Assembly (NCBI GenBank): GCA_017467815.1
Contig: JAFUKI010000077.1
Coordinates: 4,797-68,796 of the forward strand
Source: Clostridia bacterium
Lineage (GTDB): Bacteria > Bacillota > Clostridia > Oscillospirales > CAG-272
Reading direction: 5' to 3'
DNA length: 64,000 bases
Shown here: positions 47,866-56,654 of the stretch, one piece after another
How positions within the stretch are numbered: position 1 is the stretch's first letter
Layout of the letters: every line of letters starts with the position of its first letter
The notes under the pieces: model-generated
Seen by the model: only the letters and a program-made list of their open reading frames with translations
Told to the model about the DNA's origin: nothing
The model's database searches: none
Made by a program: the position numbers and the translations under genes

Positions 47866-48443
47866 AATGATTCCTCCGTTTCTTTCTTGGATTTATGTGA
47901 ATGTCTGATGCGTACCATGGCTTTGGCACGTCTTAATTTTCTGCGCAGTTCTTCATCCTTAACCTCACTCAGATCCATACAGCGCAGTGCCGCGGTTCTC
48001 ATAAAAGCGCAGTCCGGCGGAAGGGCGGTAAGCAGGGCGAGAAACTTCCACCAGTGCAGGGTACATTCCGTCAGGTCGATACGGTATACCTGCAGAAACG
48101 CGCCGTAGATCTGATCCCCGTCCCAGACGAAATCGAATACCCCGCCTGCCGGCAGATTTTTGGAAACTGTCGGTTGTTCCGTACCTGCGCTGTCGGCGGC
48201 ATCTCCCCTGTAAAAAGCCAGAATGGCGGCAAATAATCTGTGGGGATCCACGGCTGGCAGATCATCACCGCAGTACAGCCACAGCCCCAGCTTCATCCGG
48301 GAAAGATTGTCAAGGGTGTCGTCCTTGGCAAGTTCACCGAAAAGGATCCCTGTCTGATAGTCCGTGCGGATGGGGACACACACGCCGTCAACCGTGACCG
48401 AGTAAGGCAGGGGGTGGGTCAGGACGGATGTGTGACGACTCAT
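47847..48443 (-). CDS. Phage Gp15-family protein (tail assembly associated)
   Basis: 198 aa with a Gp15-like N-terminus (PYSVTVDGVCVPIRTDYQTGILF). It overlaps the TMP start. Confidence 0.55.
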   Translation of the reverse strand: MSRHTSVLTHPLPYSVTVDGVCVPIRTDYQTGILFGELAKDDTLDNLSRMKLGLWLYCGDDLPAVDPHRLFAAILAFYRGDAADSAGTEQPTVSKNLPAGGVFDFVWDGDQIYGAFLQVYRIDLTECTLHWWKFLALLTALPPDCAFMRTAALRCMDLSEVKDEELRRKLRRAKAMVRIRHSHKSKKETEESLWQTDR

Positions 48444-48832
48444 GCGCCGGCTCCGTCCATACCCACGGGCGTTCTGCTGAGATGAATGGCAAGGGCACGT
48501 TCACGGAAACGCTGTTCCGCTTCCATACGGATGTCCACCATCGCCTGCATCTGGGCTTCCACAAAGGTGACGAAGGATACGAAAGCCCTGGTATGACTTT
48601 CCGCACTTTTCATCAGTCCGCAGATCTCCCCGGCGGATTCTTCGTCAAAGAGAATATTGAAAAAACGGCGGATATCATTGCACTGTGCGGCGATCTTCTG
48701 GGCAGGAGAAACATCCCCTTCCGCCGGTTTCTGCTCCATACTGAGCAGTGCTTCGGTCAGCCGGTACATACAGCCTTCCTCACTGACATCGAACCAGTAA
48801 TCCGTGTCATTGTAATTCCAGTTTTTGTTCAT
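48440..48832 (-). CDS. Putative tail assembly chaperone (Gp14-like)
   Basis: Start moved to MNKNWNYND (RBS AAAGGA), because the upstream part of the ORF-track ORF is repeat copy E. Its stop overlaps the next gene's start (ATGA). Confidence 0.45.
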   Translation of the reverse strand: MNKNWNYNDTDYWFDVSEEGCMYRLTEALLSMEQKPAEGDVSPAQKIAAQCNDIRRFFNILFDEESAGEICGLMKSAESHTRAFVSFVTFVEAQMQAMVDIRMEAEQRFRERALAIHLSRTPVGMDGAGA

Positions 48833-48863
48833 AGATAGTCCTTTCTGAGTGTTGTTGCATTTA

Positions 48864-48948
48864 GCAGGGGGATGGAGAAAAACTTTTTGAAAAAAGTCTT
48901 TCTCCATCCCCCTGCACCCCCTTCCTCTTTTCAAAAAACTTTGAAAAA
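48864..48948 (+). repeat. Intergenic hairpin-palindrome repeat, copy E (inside the phage cluster; opposite orientation to the flanking genes)
   Basis: GCAGGGGGATGGAGAAAAACTTTTTGAAAAAAGTCTTTCTCCATCCCCCTGC, then CACCCCCTTCCTCTTTTCAAAAAACTTTGAAAAA. Confidence 0.88.
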
Positions 48949-48965
48949 GGTTACTGTATAAAGTT

Positions 48966-49172
48966 TTATGAAACGGGGGAGGCTTTGCGATTCTGAATGT
49001 GTGTTTCCCATTTTTCCAGCCACAGGAAGATTTTCGTCAGGAGGGATTTCAGGAGCTTGCACAGCTGCAGGAGAAATTCCATCCAGTTCATGATTTTTCT
49101 GACTGTGGGGTTGGAATACTGGGGATCATTGGTCTGTTCGGGGGTGAAGCCGGTATCTGTCTGTTCCGTCAT
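48966..49172 (-). CDS. Small hypothetical phage protein
   Basis: 68-aa ORF directly after the major tail gene, with an amphipathic Leu/Lys-rich helix. Coding status is uncertain. Confidence 0.35.
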   Translation of the reverse strand: MTEQTDTGFTPEQTNDPQYSNPTVRKIMNWMEFLLQLCKLLKSLLTKIFLWLEKWETHIQNRKASPVS

Positions 49173-49175
49173 GGC

Positions 49176-49667
49176 TTATACCCCTTCTGTGAATACGGCG
49201 GTGGAGAGAACGAATGTGCCGGATACGCCGTCGGATACGGATTTCAGGGTTCCGGTGTACAGAAGTGTATCCGTACCGGAGCCGCATTCATCGGGAATAA
49301 CGGAATAGACACGGCGGCGTGCGCGGCAGATGCCGGATGTGCCCGTTTCGTCGAACAGATCCACGGTGCAGATCTCCACCTGTGCTTCTTCGCCGGTACG
49401 TTCATAATCGGTGATGCTGCGCAGTTTTTCGATCACCGGATTGCCCTTGTATACTTCAAATTCGTATTCAATGGTGGGGGCATAGCCGGTTACATCGGTG
49501 CGCTTGGAGGCTTCGTGGATGTATCGTCTCTGATAACTTACCGCATTTTTGGATTCGGTAAAGTCCGTGAACCCTTCCCCGATCAGACTCCATTCCGGCG
49601 CATCGGCGGTTGCGATATTCATATAATGCCGTCTGGCGGCACGATTGACAATGGATGTTGCTGCCAT
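49176..49667 (-). CDS. Major tail protein
   Basis: 163 aa. Position and sequence are typical of siphovirus major tail proteins (NIATADAPEWSLIGEGFTDFTESKN). Confidence 0.65.
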   Translation of the reverse strand: MAATSIVNRAARRHYMNIATADAPEWSLIGEGFTDFTESKNAVSYQRRYIHEASKRTDVTGYAPTIEYEFEVYKGNPVIEKLRSITDYERTGEEAQVEICTVDLFDETGTSGICRARRRVYSVIPDECGSGTDTLLYTGTLKSVSDGVSGTFVLSTAVFTEGV

Positions 49668-49691
49668 AATGATTCCTTTCTGTGTGTGGTT

Positions 49692-50099
49692 TTATTGAGA
49701 TACATGGTATTCCAGTACAAAAGCCGCCCTGTATTCTTCCGTTCCGTCCTGCCATACCGATGCTTTTGCCGGAAGGGTGGTCTGGCGGATTTTGGTGAAT
49801 ACCTTTCCGTTTTCATCCGGGGGCAGATGGGCGGAGAGCCAGTCGGTCAGGCTTTCAAACTGCCCCAGAACCGCTAATTTCCCAGCAGGGGATGCGCCGT
49901 CCGTGTACAGGGATACCCCAAAAGGGAACTGTCCGGTGTAGGAACCGTCGATGTATCTTTTGATCTGGCGGCTGGCGGAGAGGGCAGTGATCACCCCGCC
50001 CGGAACCTTTCCTTCCGTTTCCGGGAGAAAATCCCACGGACGGTCCTCCCAGGTGTTGAGTAAAGTGCATAAAGCGTTGAGGATGCTTTTTTCTTCCAT
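49692..50099 (-). CDS. Tail terminator / minor capsid-family protein
   Basis: 135-aa ORF between the head-completion genes and the major tail gene. Confidence 0.45.
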   Translation of the reverse strand: MEEKSILNALCTLLNTWEDRPWDFLPETEGKVPGGVITALSASRQIKRYIDGSYTGQFPFGVSLYTDGASPAGKLAVLGQFESLTDWLSAHLPPDENGKVFTKIRQTTLPAKASVWQDGTEEYRAAFVLEYHVSQ

Positions 50100-50103
50100 A
50101 TCG

Positions 50104-50463
50104 TTAAAACTCCTTTCCCGTCAGTGCTTTTGCCGCTGTCTGCCGCCACAATTCCAGATCCACAGCTTTGGCGGCTTCAAACCATCCTGCCTGGGCAAGG
50201 GGGTGTTTTTCTCTGGAAAAAGGTCTTTTGGCATAGTAGCATTTCTGTGCATGATCGGCAGTCCATGCTACCCCTTCCTCCGTAATGCTGCCGGATGCGG
50301 CAAGAGCGCCTGTGCGGTAGGGGACGTAGGGCGTGCTGGAATCCAGAACTGCCTGACGCATGGCTTGTGCGGCGGCTTTTGCACGGCTGGTGATGGCGTT
50401 CATAACCGAACCGGTGCTGAACTGCATGGTAAAATGAACCATAGTACCTCCTATGCCATGCAT
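50104..50463 (-). CDS. Minor capsid / head-tail joining protein (HK97 gp10-like)
   Basis: 119 aa, ...PYVPYRTGALAASG... typical of this family. Confidence 0.55.
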   Translation of the reverse strand: MHGIGGTMVHFTMQFSTGSVMNAITSRAKAAAQAMRQAVLDSSTPYVPYRTGALAASGSITEEGVAWTADHAQKCYYAKRPFSREKHPLAQAGWFEAAKAVDLELWRQTAAKALTGKEF

Positions 50464-50795
50464 TCCAGCCGATAATGCTCCACTCTGTCACTGCCGGTCA
50501 GATAGGGCGTGATTTTCATGACCGTCCAGCCTGTCTTATCATCGGGACCGAAGTACAGCTTGTCTCCGGGGGCAAATCCGACGGCGGAAAAAGGAAGACT
50601 GCCGCCCGACTGATCGGTAAGTCTGCTGAAACGGGGGAAGAAATACACTACGGCACTGCATTTGTGATGTCCCTTTTCCGTCATGGCGGCGCTGCGGAAG
50701 ACCACGGTTTTATGGGCTGTATATTCTTTGTATACCGGTATAAAGCGGCTGTCGTAGCCCAGAAGATGCCTGAGTACAATCTGATCTGTACGCAT
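50451..50795 (-). CDS. Head closure / minor capsid protein
   Basis: 114-aa ORF in the connector module. Confidence 0.45.
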   Translation of the reverse strand: MRTDQIVLRHLLGYDSRFIPVYKEYTAHKTVVFRSAAMTEKGHHKCSAVVYFFPRFSRLTDQSGGSLPFSAVGFAPGDKLYFGPDDKTGWTVMKITPYLTGSDRVEHYRLECMA

Positions 50796-50804
50796 ATTTC
50801 CTCC

Positions 50805-51143
50805 TCAAATCCACTGATTCAGCAGACCGGCGTGGGACAGGGTGAGTATGGCATAGGGACATACCTTCACACCGTACACGGAAAGCGCCGGCATACGGTA
50901 TTCCACCCGGTAATCCCCCAGACTTTCGGCGGCAAGACCTGCACTGTCCCCGTTTCCGGCGATCTGATCCGTCTGCAGACAGACAGCACAGCGGATGGCG
51001 TCTTCCTTTTCCGGATAATCCGCCGGGTGACGGGGCAGCAGAAGATGTGCGATCACCGCTTCCGCCGCCTTGGAGTGCTGTAAGAATTCTTCTTCCGTCA
51101 GCCCACCGCCGTATTCATTTTTGTAATACGTATAATCCGTCAC
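50805..51143 (-). CDS. Head-tail connector (gp6-like)
   Basis: GTG start at 51143 with RBS AAAGGAG, just after the capsid gene stop (VTDYTYYKNEYGG...). Confidence 0.5.
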   Translation of the reverse strand: MTDYTYYKNEYGGGLTEEEFLQHSKAAEAVIAHLLLPRHPADYPEKEDAIRCAVCLQTDQIAGNGDSAGLAAESLGDYRVEYRMPALSVYGVKVCPYAILTLSHAGLLNQWI

Positions 51144-51156
51144 GGCAAATCTCCTT

Positions 51157-52278
51157 TTAACCCATGTAGCGTACAGCCAGCTCAGGATAGAGGGGCATGA
51201 AGCTGTAGAGCACATCCATGGAAAGAATGTCCTTCTTACGGTTGATGTCATAACCGCGTACCACACGGAGGGAGATACCGTTGTGGGTGGTTACATAGGA
51301 TTCCACGCCGGCAGGTGCAGCCAGAGGACGGGAAACGAAGGCGAAGGCATTGGGATGGAAAATCAGGTTGGCTTCGTGGGTAGGCAGGACCTCAACGGTA
51401 CCGTTCAGAATGCCGCTTACGGAAGTGGGCATGATCGGGAAGGTAACGGAGGTGCTTGTAAATTCCACATTGTCGGCGGCGATGACATAAACCACGGAAC
51501 CGTCCTTCTTGGTGATCTTGAGAATATCGCCGAGGTTGATGGTTTTGTCGGGGGCGGAGGAACAGGTCAGGGTCAGGGAAGTACCGGCAAGGGTGGTGAC
51601 GATGATGTTGGCGGAAGAACCGGCGAGGGTACCGGAAACATGGGTGGGTACAGCCTGGCTCATGTAGTTTTCCAGACCGAATACCTTACCGATGGAACCG
51701 GTGCGCAGAGCCTTGGAGGAACCGCACTGATCCGCATTGATAAGCGCCGGAATCTGCTTCAGCTGGCAGGCGGTACGGGGACTCCAGAGAGCGCATCGGT
51801 TGTCGGTGGGAACCCCTGCCTTGTCCAGCGCATAAACGGCTTCGGCGAAATCGCTCAGATCGGACGGAGGTGTACCGGGCGTACCGACCACGGTAGAGGC
51901 AGTGCAGTAAAGCATCATACCGTCTCTGTTGATTTTCTCTGCCAGAGCAGCGGCGGCAGGTTCCAGAAACAGTCTGGTCATGTCATCAAAGCTGCAGGCA
52001 CTTTCGAGGGCGGAAACTTCCACATCCACAGTGGCGATGTTGGCAAGGGGTACCTCTACGGTTTCCTCAACGATGGACTGGGGGCTGATGGTGTCGCCGT
52101 TGAAGAAATCATTGGCGGTCAGCTTTACGGGACGGCGGATCACAACGGTATCCCCCTTCTTGGCGCTCTGGTGGTCCCCCAGATCCTTGTAGACCAGATT
52201 GGGGAATACCAGATTGTCCATCAGTCTGGGCAGGGTTTCTCTTGCGATCTGCTTGGCGGAATATAAACTGTTGTACAT
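51157..52278 (-). CDS. Major capsid protein (P22 gp5-type coat)
   Basis: 373 aa. The N-terminus ...IARETLPRLMDNLVFPNLVYKDLGDHQSAKKGDTVVIRRP resembles the P22 coat family. It is preceded by a scaffold gene and no protease gene is present. Confidence 0.75.
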   Translation of the reverse strand: MYNSLYSAKQIARETLPRLMDNLVFPNLVYKDLGDHQSAKKGDTVVIRRPVKLTANDFFNGDTISPQSIVEETVEVPLANIATVDVEVSALESACSFDDMTRLFLEPAAAALAEKINRDGMMLYCTASTVVGTPGTPPSDLSDFAEAVYALDKAGVPTDNRCALWSPRTACQLKQIPALINADQCGSSKALRTGSIGKVFGLENYMSQAVPTHVSGTLAGSSANIIVTTLAGTSLTLTCSSAPDKTINLGDILKITKKDGSVVYVIAADNVEFTSTSVTFPIMPTSVSGILNGTVEVLPTHEANLIFHPNAFAFVSRPLAAPAGVESYVTTHNGISLRVVRGYDINRKKDILSMDVLYSFMPLYPELAVRYMG

Positions 52279-52317
52279 AAATAATCTCCTTTGTCAGTCA
52301 AGTGTATTGTGTTTGTC

Positions 52318-52746
52318 TCAGAAACGGCGGACGAAGCGGTAGTACTCCGCATCGGTCATGCTTTCCGGGTCGGCAAAGGGAGTGCCGTGGGAAGTGCCGG
52401 TGGCGATCTTCTCCTTATCCCCGGTGTTGTGGAATAAATAGGGATCGCTGACACGGAGCTTGTCCAGCTGTTCGTTCAGACCGTGAATACCGTCGTTGTC
52501 CATGGTAATGGCGGACATATCCAGTACCTTGGCGGCAAGCGACGGATTTTTGGCGCCCATTCTGGTCAGGGCGTACTTGGTTTCGTGTTCGATCTGCATT
52601 TTCTGCAGGTCGGCGGTGTGGTTTTTCTCCATGAGACGGATCTGTTCCTGCAAAGCTGCCACTTCGGGGGAAACATTTTCCTCTGCTTCGGATACCGCAC
52701 CGGTTTCTTCGGCGGCGCCTGTCATGTTGTTTTCTTCCATGTGCAA
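52318..52746 (-). CDS. Scaffolding protein (GP20-like)
   Basis: 142 aa, acidic and helical, positioned between the portal and capsid genes. Confidence 0.65.
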   Translation of the reverse strand: MHMEENNMTGAAEETGAVSEAEENVSPEVAALQEQIRLMEKNHTADLQKMQIEHETKYALTRMGAKNPSLAAKVLDMSAITMDNDGIHGLNEQLDKLRVSDPYLFHNTGDKEKIATGTSHGTPFADPESMTDAEYYRFVRRF

Positions 52747-52778
52747 AAATCTCCTTTCTGATCGGCATATTATCCGGC

Positions 52779-54152
52779 TCAGATACCGTTATGCCATTTT
52801 CTTTTGAATTCTTCCGCGGACAGAAGTCCGGCTTCCACTTCGCGCAGATCCCGGCTTCTTTCGGATTCCGTATCCACGAAATAGCTGTCGTCATACCGTA
52901 CAGCCACAGGGGTCGTGCTGTCCATGGGCAGGCGGAGTATGTATTCCCCCAGCCACAGAACCGGTCTTACGATGCCGTACAGAAATGCGGTCATGTTCTG
53001 CTGATGCTTGCTCAGATTCTGCCGCATATCCTGCCGTTCTCCCATGTACTGGGTGGCGGTAAGCTGTGCTTTGCCCTGTACGCCGGAGAACAGATAATGC
53101 CTTGTCCCCAGACCGCACCGGAAGGACAGATAATCCAGCTGTGCCTGCAGGGCATCACGGTTTTCCTCGGAACGGAGACTGGGATTGTGTTCGGTGATCA
53201 TGGGCGTTTCCGCCAGATCCCCGTCGCCGATGGTTACAAACAGCTGCTGCGCCACATCGTCCGGGGTGTACAGATTCCCTTCGCTGTCCCGGTTGACCAA
53301 GGACTGGTTGATGAATACCTTCTTGCCGCCCAGTTTCAGGTCACGGCAGAAATTGTTGAATGCCAGATCCACACCCTTCAGACAGTCGATGGCATCGGCA
53401 AAAATGGACTGTCCCAGACCGCATCCCTCGTCCACGGCGTTGTGGATGTTGGGGGTCAGAATGCTGAAGAAGGGGTACGGACAGCCGGTGCGGATCTCTC
53501 TCGGCGGCATTTTGGGGTATTTGACCTCCGTCAGCCTGCCGCCGTTTTCTTCCGCGTAATAATGGTTGCGGATCACATACCCGTCGTCTTCTCTGGTGTG
53601 GATCTCCACATAGAGTGCCTTTTCTCCGCGGGTACGGATTTCGGAAATGAATGCCGCCTCCGTGATCCTGCCTTCCTCCACGGAAATGGGCAGAATATGT
53701 CCCGCATCCACAAAGTCGAAGGAGAGGGAGAGGGGCATCTCAGCCGCTTCGGTCAGATTGCCGCACCCGACGGGCAGACCGTGGACACGCAGCAGACAGG
53801 CACCGCTTCCCAGAGCAAAAGCCTTTTCCACCATATGGTTGCATCTCCGCCAGAAATCGGTCTGGGAGAGAAGGATCTGCAGCCATTTTTCCGCGGCAGG
53901 ATCGGCAACCTGAAGATAGGTCTTGTCGTTGAACAGCAGGGAAGCCCAGTCTTCGCATACCTTTTTCGCCATGTGCAGACGGTACATTTCCCGCTTGACC
54001 GGACGTCCGAAGGAAGCGTTTTCCCAGTATTCGTGGAAGGTATGCTCCTTCCCCTGCCACCAGCTCTGCCAGATGTCGATCATGCGGTAGATCCCCGTGC
54101 CCGCTGTGCAGCCGTACTGCTGACCGATCAGGTCTAAAATTTCGTTTCGCAT
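52779..54152 (-). CDS. Portal protein (SPP1 gp6-like)
   Basis: 457-aa ORF after the large terminase with a portal-like sequence. Confidence 0.8.
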   Translation of the reverse strand: MRNEILDLIGQQYGCTAGTGIYRMIDIWQSWWQGKEHTFHEYWENASFGRPVKREMYRLHMAKKVCEDWASLLFNDKTYLQVADPAAEKWLQILLSQTDFWRRCNHMVEKAFALGSGACLLRVHGLPVGCGNLTEAAEMPLSLSFDFVDAGHILPISVEEGRITEAAFISEIRTRGEKALYVEIHTREDDGYVIRNHYYAEENGGRLTEVKYPKMPPREIRTGCPYPFFSILTPNIHNAVDEGCGLGQSIFADAIDCLKGVDLAFNNFCRDLKLGGKKVFINQSLVNRDSEGNLYTPDDVAQQLFVTIGDGDLAETPMITEHNPSLRSEENRDALQAQLDYLSFRCGLGTRHYLFSGVQGKAQLTATQYMGERQDMRQNLSKHQQNMTAFLYGIVRPVLWLGEYILRLPMDSTTPVAVRYDDSYFVDTESERSRDLREVEAGLLSAEEFKRKWHNGI

Positions 54153-54178
54153 AAATTGTTCCTTTCTGGTAAAATTGA

Positions 54179-55492
54179 TCAGACTTTCCCCATATACCGT
54201 TCAATGGCATATTCCATAGCATCCAGAATGTCTATGTCCGAGGTAAAGTCGTCTTTCCGCCTGTCCGCGCCTTCCGTGTCCTCCCAGACCGCCTCCGCAA
54301 GTCCGGCAGCCAGCTTCGGACAATCCGGAGTGAGATGAAAACGACCTGCACTCATCAGTCCGTTCACGAAAGCGATACGATCGGTGATGGGACGCTTGGC
54401 ACAGTCGGATACAATGAGTCCCTCACTCCCGGGGATGGACCGGCGGAGACCGTTGATCAGATACTGTGCTTCGCTGTCGCAGAAAACATAACGGATGGGC
54501 AGTCCGGGGTATTTCTCATGCAATGCGGCGAGAAAGGCGAGGAATTCTCTGTTGATGCGCCCCGGATCAATATCCCCTTTGTTCCCCTGTACTGCCTTTT
54601 CACCAATGGCGATCACACCGCCGGAGAGGGGAAATCCCACAGCGGCAAACACGGTTTTGGAACGGTTTCCGCCGAAGTCCACGCCGATGTTGCAGAATTT
54701 CATGGGCGGCAGATCCGCTGTCTGCAGCAGGAATTTCTCCGGTGCATCGGCAAAACTGCGGTAGATCAGCCCTTCAGCCGCACAGCGCTGTCCCAGTATA
54801 TCCCGACGGTACCATACGGATGCTTTGTCGTACTGCGCCTCGATTTCCGCAAGACGCTCTTTCGTGATCACGGGATTGTCCCGGATGGTGAAATGGGCGT
54901 AATTGCAGAAACCGGGGGAAGTGTCGGCAGTGTAGGGATCAATGTACTGCCGGTAAATGAGGGCGGAGGGGGAAGTGGGGTTCAGATCCCAGAAGATCTT
55001 CCGTCGGCGGGCGGCAAGGGTTCGGTTGAAGGCCTCTTGAATAAAGCTGTCGTGGTGGTGGTTGATCTCCGTTGCGAGCCACATTCCATACGAGTTTCCG
55101 CGGATCCGCTTGTAGGCATCCGCATTTTTTCCGCCGGCGAACAGAACCACCTTCTCACCGTTTTTCGTCTGAATACGCAGACATTCGTTATCCTTATACC
55201 GACCCCAGGTACACCTGCCTCTGAAAATCCTTTCCAGACCCAGACCGTTGCAGTCCCCCAGATTGAGTTTGGCATTGCCGATGGTGGAACCGGATGCCAG
55301 ATGAATCCGATCCGGCGTTTCCTCCAGTGCGGCGGCAAAGACAAATACATTGTCCACCGTCTTCCCGGCACGTACCGCCCCTTCGGCAATATTTATGGTG
55401 CAGTCCAGAGCACGCCGCATATACCTGCGATGCTTTTCCCCGAAACAATACCGGGGATCTTCATATTGCCCGGACTTTTCCGCATCCGTCAT
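54179..55492 (-). CDS. Terminase large subunit (PBSX-type)
   Basis: 437 aa with Walker A EGAVRAGKT, Walker B MWLATE and a C-terminal nuclease region. Confidence 0.88.
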   Translation of the reverse strand: MTDAEKSGQYEDPRYCFGEKHRRYMRRALDCTINIAEGAVRAGKTVDNVFVFAAALEETPDRIHLASGSTIGNAKLNLGDCNGLGLERIFRGRCTWGRYKDNECLRIQTKNGEKVVLFAGGKNADAYKRIRGNSYGMWLATEINHHHDSFIQEAFNRTLAARRRKIFWDLNPTSPSALIYRQYIDPYTADTSPGFCNYAHFTIRDNPVITKERLAEIEAQYDKASVWYRRDILGQRCAAEGLIYRSFADAPEKFLLQTADLPPMKFCNIGVDFGGNRSKTVFAAVGFPLSGGVIAIGEKAVQGNKGDIDPGRINREFLAFLAALHEKYPGLPIRYVFCDSEAQYLINGLRRSIPGSEGLIVSDCAKRPITDRIAFVNGLMSAGRFHLTPDCPKLAAGLAEAVWEDTEGADRRKDDFTSDIDILDAMEYAIERYMGKV

Positions 55493-55527
55493 ATTTCCGC
55501 TTCCTTTCCGTTTGCTTCATTCTCCCA

Positions 55528-55908
55528 TCATTCTTCCTGACGGAATACCTCCTCCCGCAGTGCCGCAATTTCCGTACTGGTTTCCGCCGCCGCAAATCCC
55601 TGAGCCGGATTCAGACGTACATCCTTCCACAGCTCAAAATACAGCTTGATTGCCGGAATGCTGCCGTCGCGTGCCAGAGAGAGCAGATGCTCCCAGACTT
55701 CCGCGGCGTACATCCCGGCATATTCTCTCGCCAGCTGCACCACAGCCGAACCGAATGCCGCATCCCTGAGCCATGCCAACATATCCGCTTCGGGCACATC
55801 CGTACGGGACAGGGCTTTCTCGATCTGTTCCCCGGCTGTCTGTCCTCTGAAGCTGTTTTCGATGACCGCATTGGCAGTGTCAATTTGTTTTTCCGTCGTA
55901 TCGCTCAC
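55528..55908 (-). CDS. Putative terminase small subunit (HTH protein)
   Basis: 126-aa ORF with a GTG start and RBS AAAGGAGG, directly upstream of terL. Confidence 0.5.
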   Translation of the reverse strand: MSDTTEKQIDTANAVIENSFRGQTAGEQIEKALSRTDVPEADMLAWLRDAAFGSAVVQLAREYAGMYAAEVWEHLLSLARDGSIPAIKLYFELWKDVRLNPAQGFAAAETSTEIAALREEVFRQEE

Positions 55909-55924
55909 CTCCTTTCGTGCCTAT

Positions 55925-55954
55925 AGTATAACATCCCGAACATTTGTTTGTCAT
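55925..55954 (-). promoter_or_regulatory. Candidate promoter of the structural operon with an embedded LexA-like half-degenerate box
   Basis: Minus strand ATGACA (55954-55949), 18-nt spacer, TATACT (55930-55925). The spacer contains AAACAAATGTTC, which reads GAACATTTGTTT on the + strand at 55938-55949. Confidence 0.35.
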
Positions 55955-56093
55955 CCCACAAAAATACCGGCAGCGTGCAGGAAAAAGTAGCAGAAAAGTA
56001 TCAAAAAAGTGGTATCCCCCTCAAAAAATGCATAAAAAAAGACCGCCTGACATACAAGCAGCCTAAATAAATCCATATTCCTATTCCATATAC

Positions 56094-56158
56094 CCCTTTT
56101 GAAGTTTTTTGAAAAGAGGGAGGGGGGAGAATCGCTTCGCAAATCTCCCTCCCCCTTC
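56094..56158 (-). repeat. Intergenic hairpin-palindrome repeat, copy F (variant loop; forward relative to the regulator gene)
   Basis: CCCTTTTGAAGTTTTTTGAAAAGAGGGAGGGGGGAGAATCGCTTCGCAAATCTCCCTCCCCCTTC, about 5 nt beyond the regulator stop codon. Confidence 0.75.
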
Positions 56159-56162
56159 TAAA

Positions 56163-56552
56163 TCAAACCGTCCGACCAAATAAAGCCAAAGTAAACCGGC
56201 TGTATGCTCTGCGTCGGATTCTGTAGAAGGAACTGCGTTCTACGTGCAGTTCTTCGCATATATCCTCAATGCTCGCACGGGAGGATTTGGTGGCATAGGC
56301 AGTGAGAATGGCTTTCTCATCCGGTTCCAGGGTAGCCAGAGCAAACTCCAGTGCCCGTACCTTTTTTGCCAGCCGACGGCGGTTGTCCTCACATTCCGGC
56401 GATCCGTCATCCCACATATTCTGCAGTGCATTTCTCAGATATGGCAGTTCCTGCAGCAGAGAAATCGCCTGTTTCTGTAATGTCAACGCCTGATCCGTTT
56501 TTCTTGTTTTCATCGTTTCTTTGGTTGCGTTTGTCTTAATGGTAGTGCTCAT
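56163..56552 (-). CDS. Phage late-gene transcriptional activator (sigma-70 region-4 / ArpU-RinA-like HTH)
   Basis: 129 aa. The C-terminal LEPDEKAILTAYATKSSRASIEDICEELHVERSSFYRIRRRAYSRF looks like a region-4 HTH. It is the first gene of the cluster. Confidence 0.6.
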   Translation of the reverse strand: MSTTIKTNATKETMKTRKTDQALTLQKQAISLLQELPYLRNALQNMWDDGSPECEDNRRRLAKKVRALEFALATLEPDEKAILTAYATKSSRASIEDICEELHVERSSFYRIRRRAYSRFTLALFGRTV

Positions 56553-56594
56553 CTGCCATCATCCTTTCTATGGTATTGTTTGTACGTTGAAAAA

Positions 56595-56606
56595 GAACAT
56601 CCGTTC
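56595..56606. promoter_or_regulatory. LexA (SOS/Cheo) box 1, downstream of the -10 of the regulator promoter
   Basis: GAACATCCGTTC matches the Firmicutes GAAC-N4-GTTC consensus exactly. Confidence 0.7.
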
Positions 56607-56616
56607 TGCTTTGATT

Positions 56617-56645
56617 AGTATACCACAAGGGGATGCGTTTGTCAA
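56617..56645 (-). promoter_or_regulatory. Sigma-A promoter of the phage regulator gene
   Basis: Minus strand TTGACA (56645-56640), 17-nt spacer, TATACT (56622-56617), preceded by TGG (extended -10). Confidence 0.65.
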
Positions 56646-56654
56646 TACCAAAAA

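Noticed and set aside
48966-49172. The 68-aa ORF in the tail module, considered as a possible holin
   Set aside because: Its hydrophobic stretch is interrupted by several Lys residues, making it amphipathic rather than a transmembrane pair. It sits in the tail-assembly region, not at a lysis-cassette position, and no endolysin follows.
43315-56552. Interpretation of the phage cluster as a tailocin (phage-tail bacteriocin)
   Set aside because: The cluster encodes terminase, portal, scaffold and a major capsid protein. It therefore specifies DNA-packaging heads, not tails alone.
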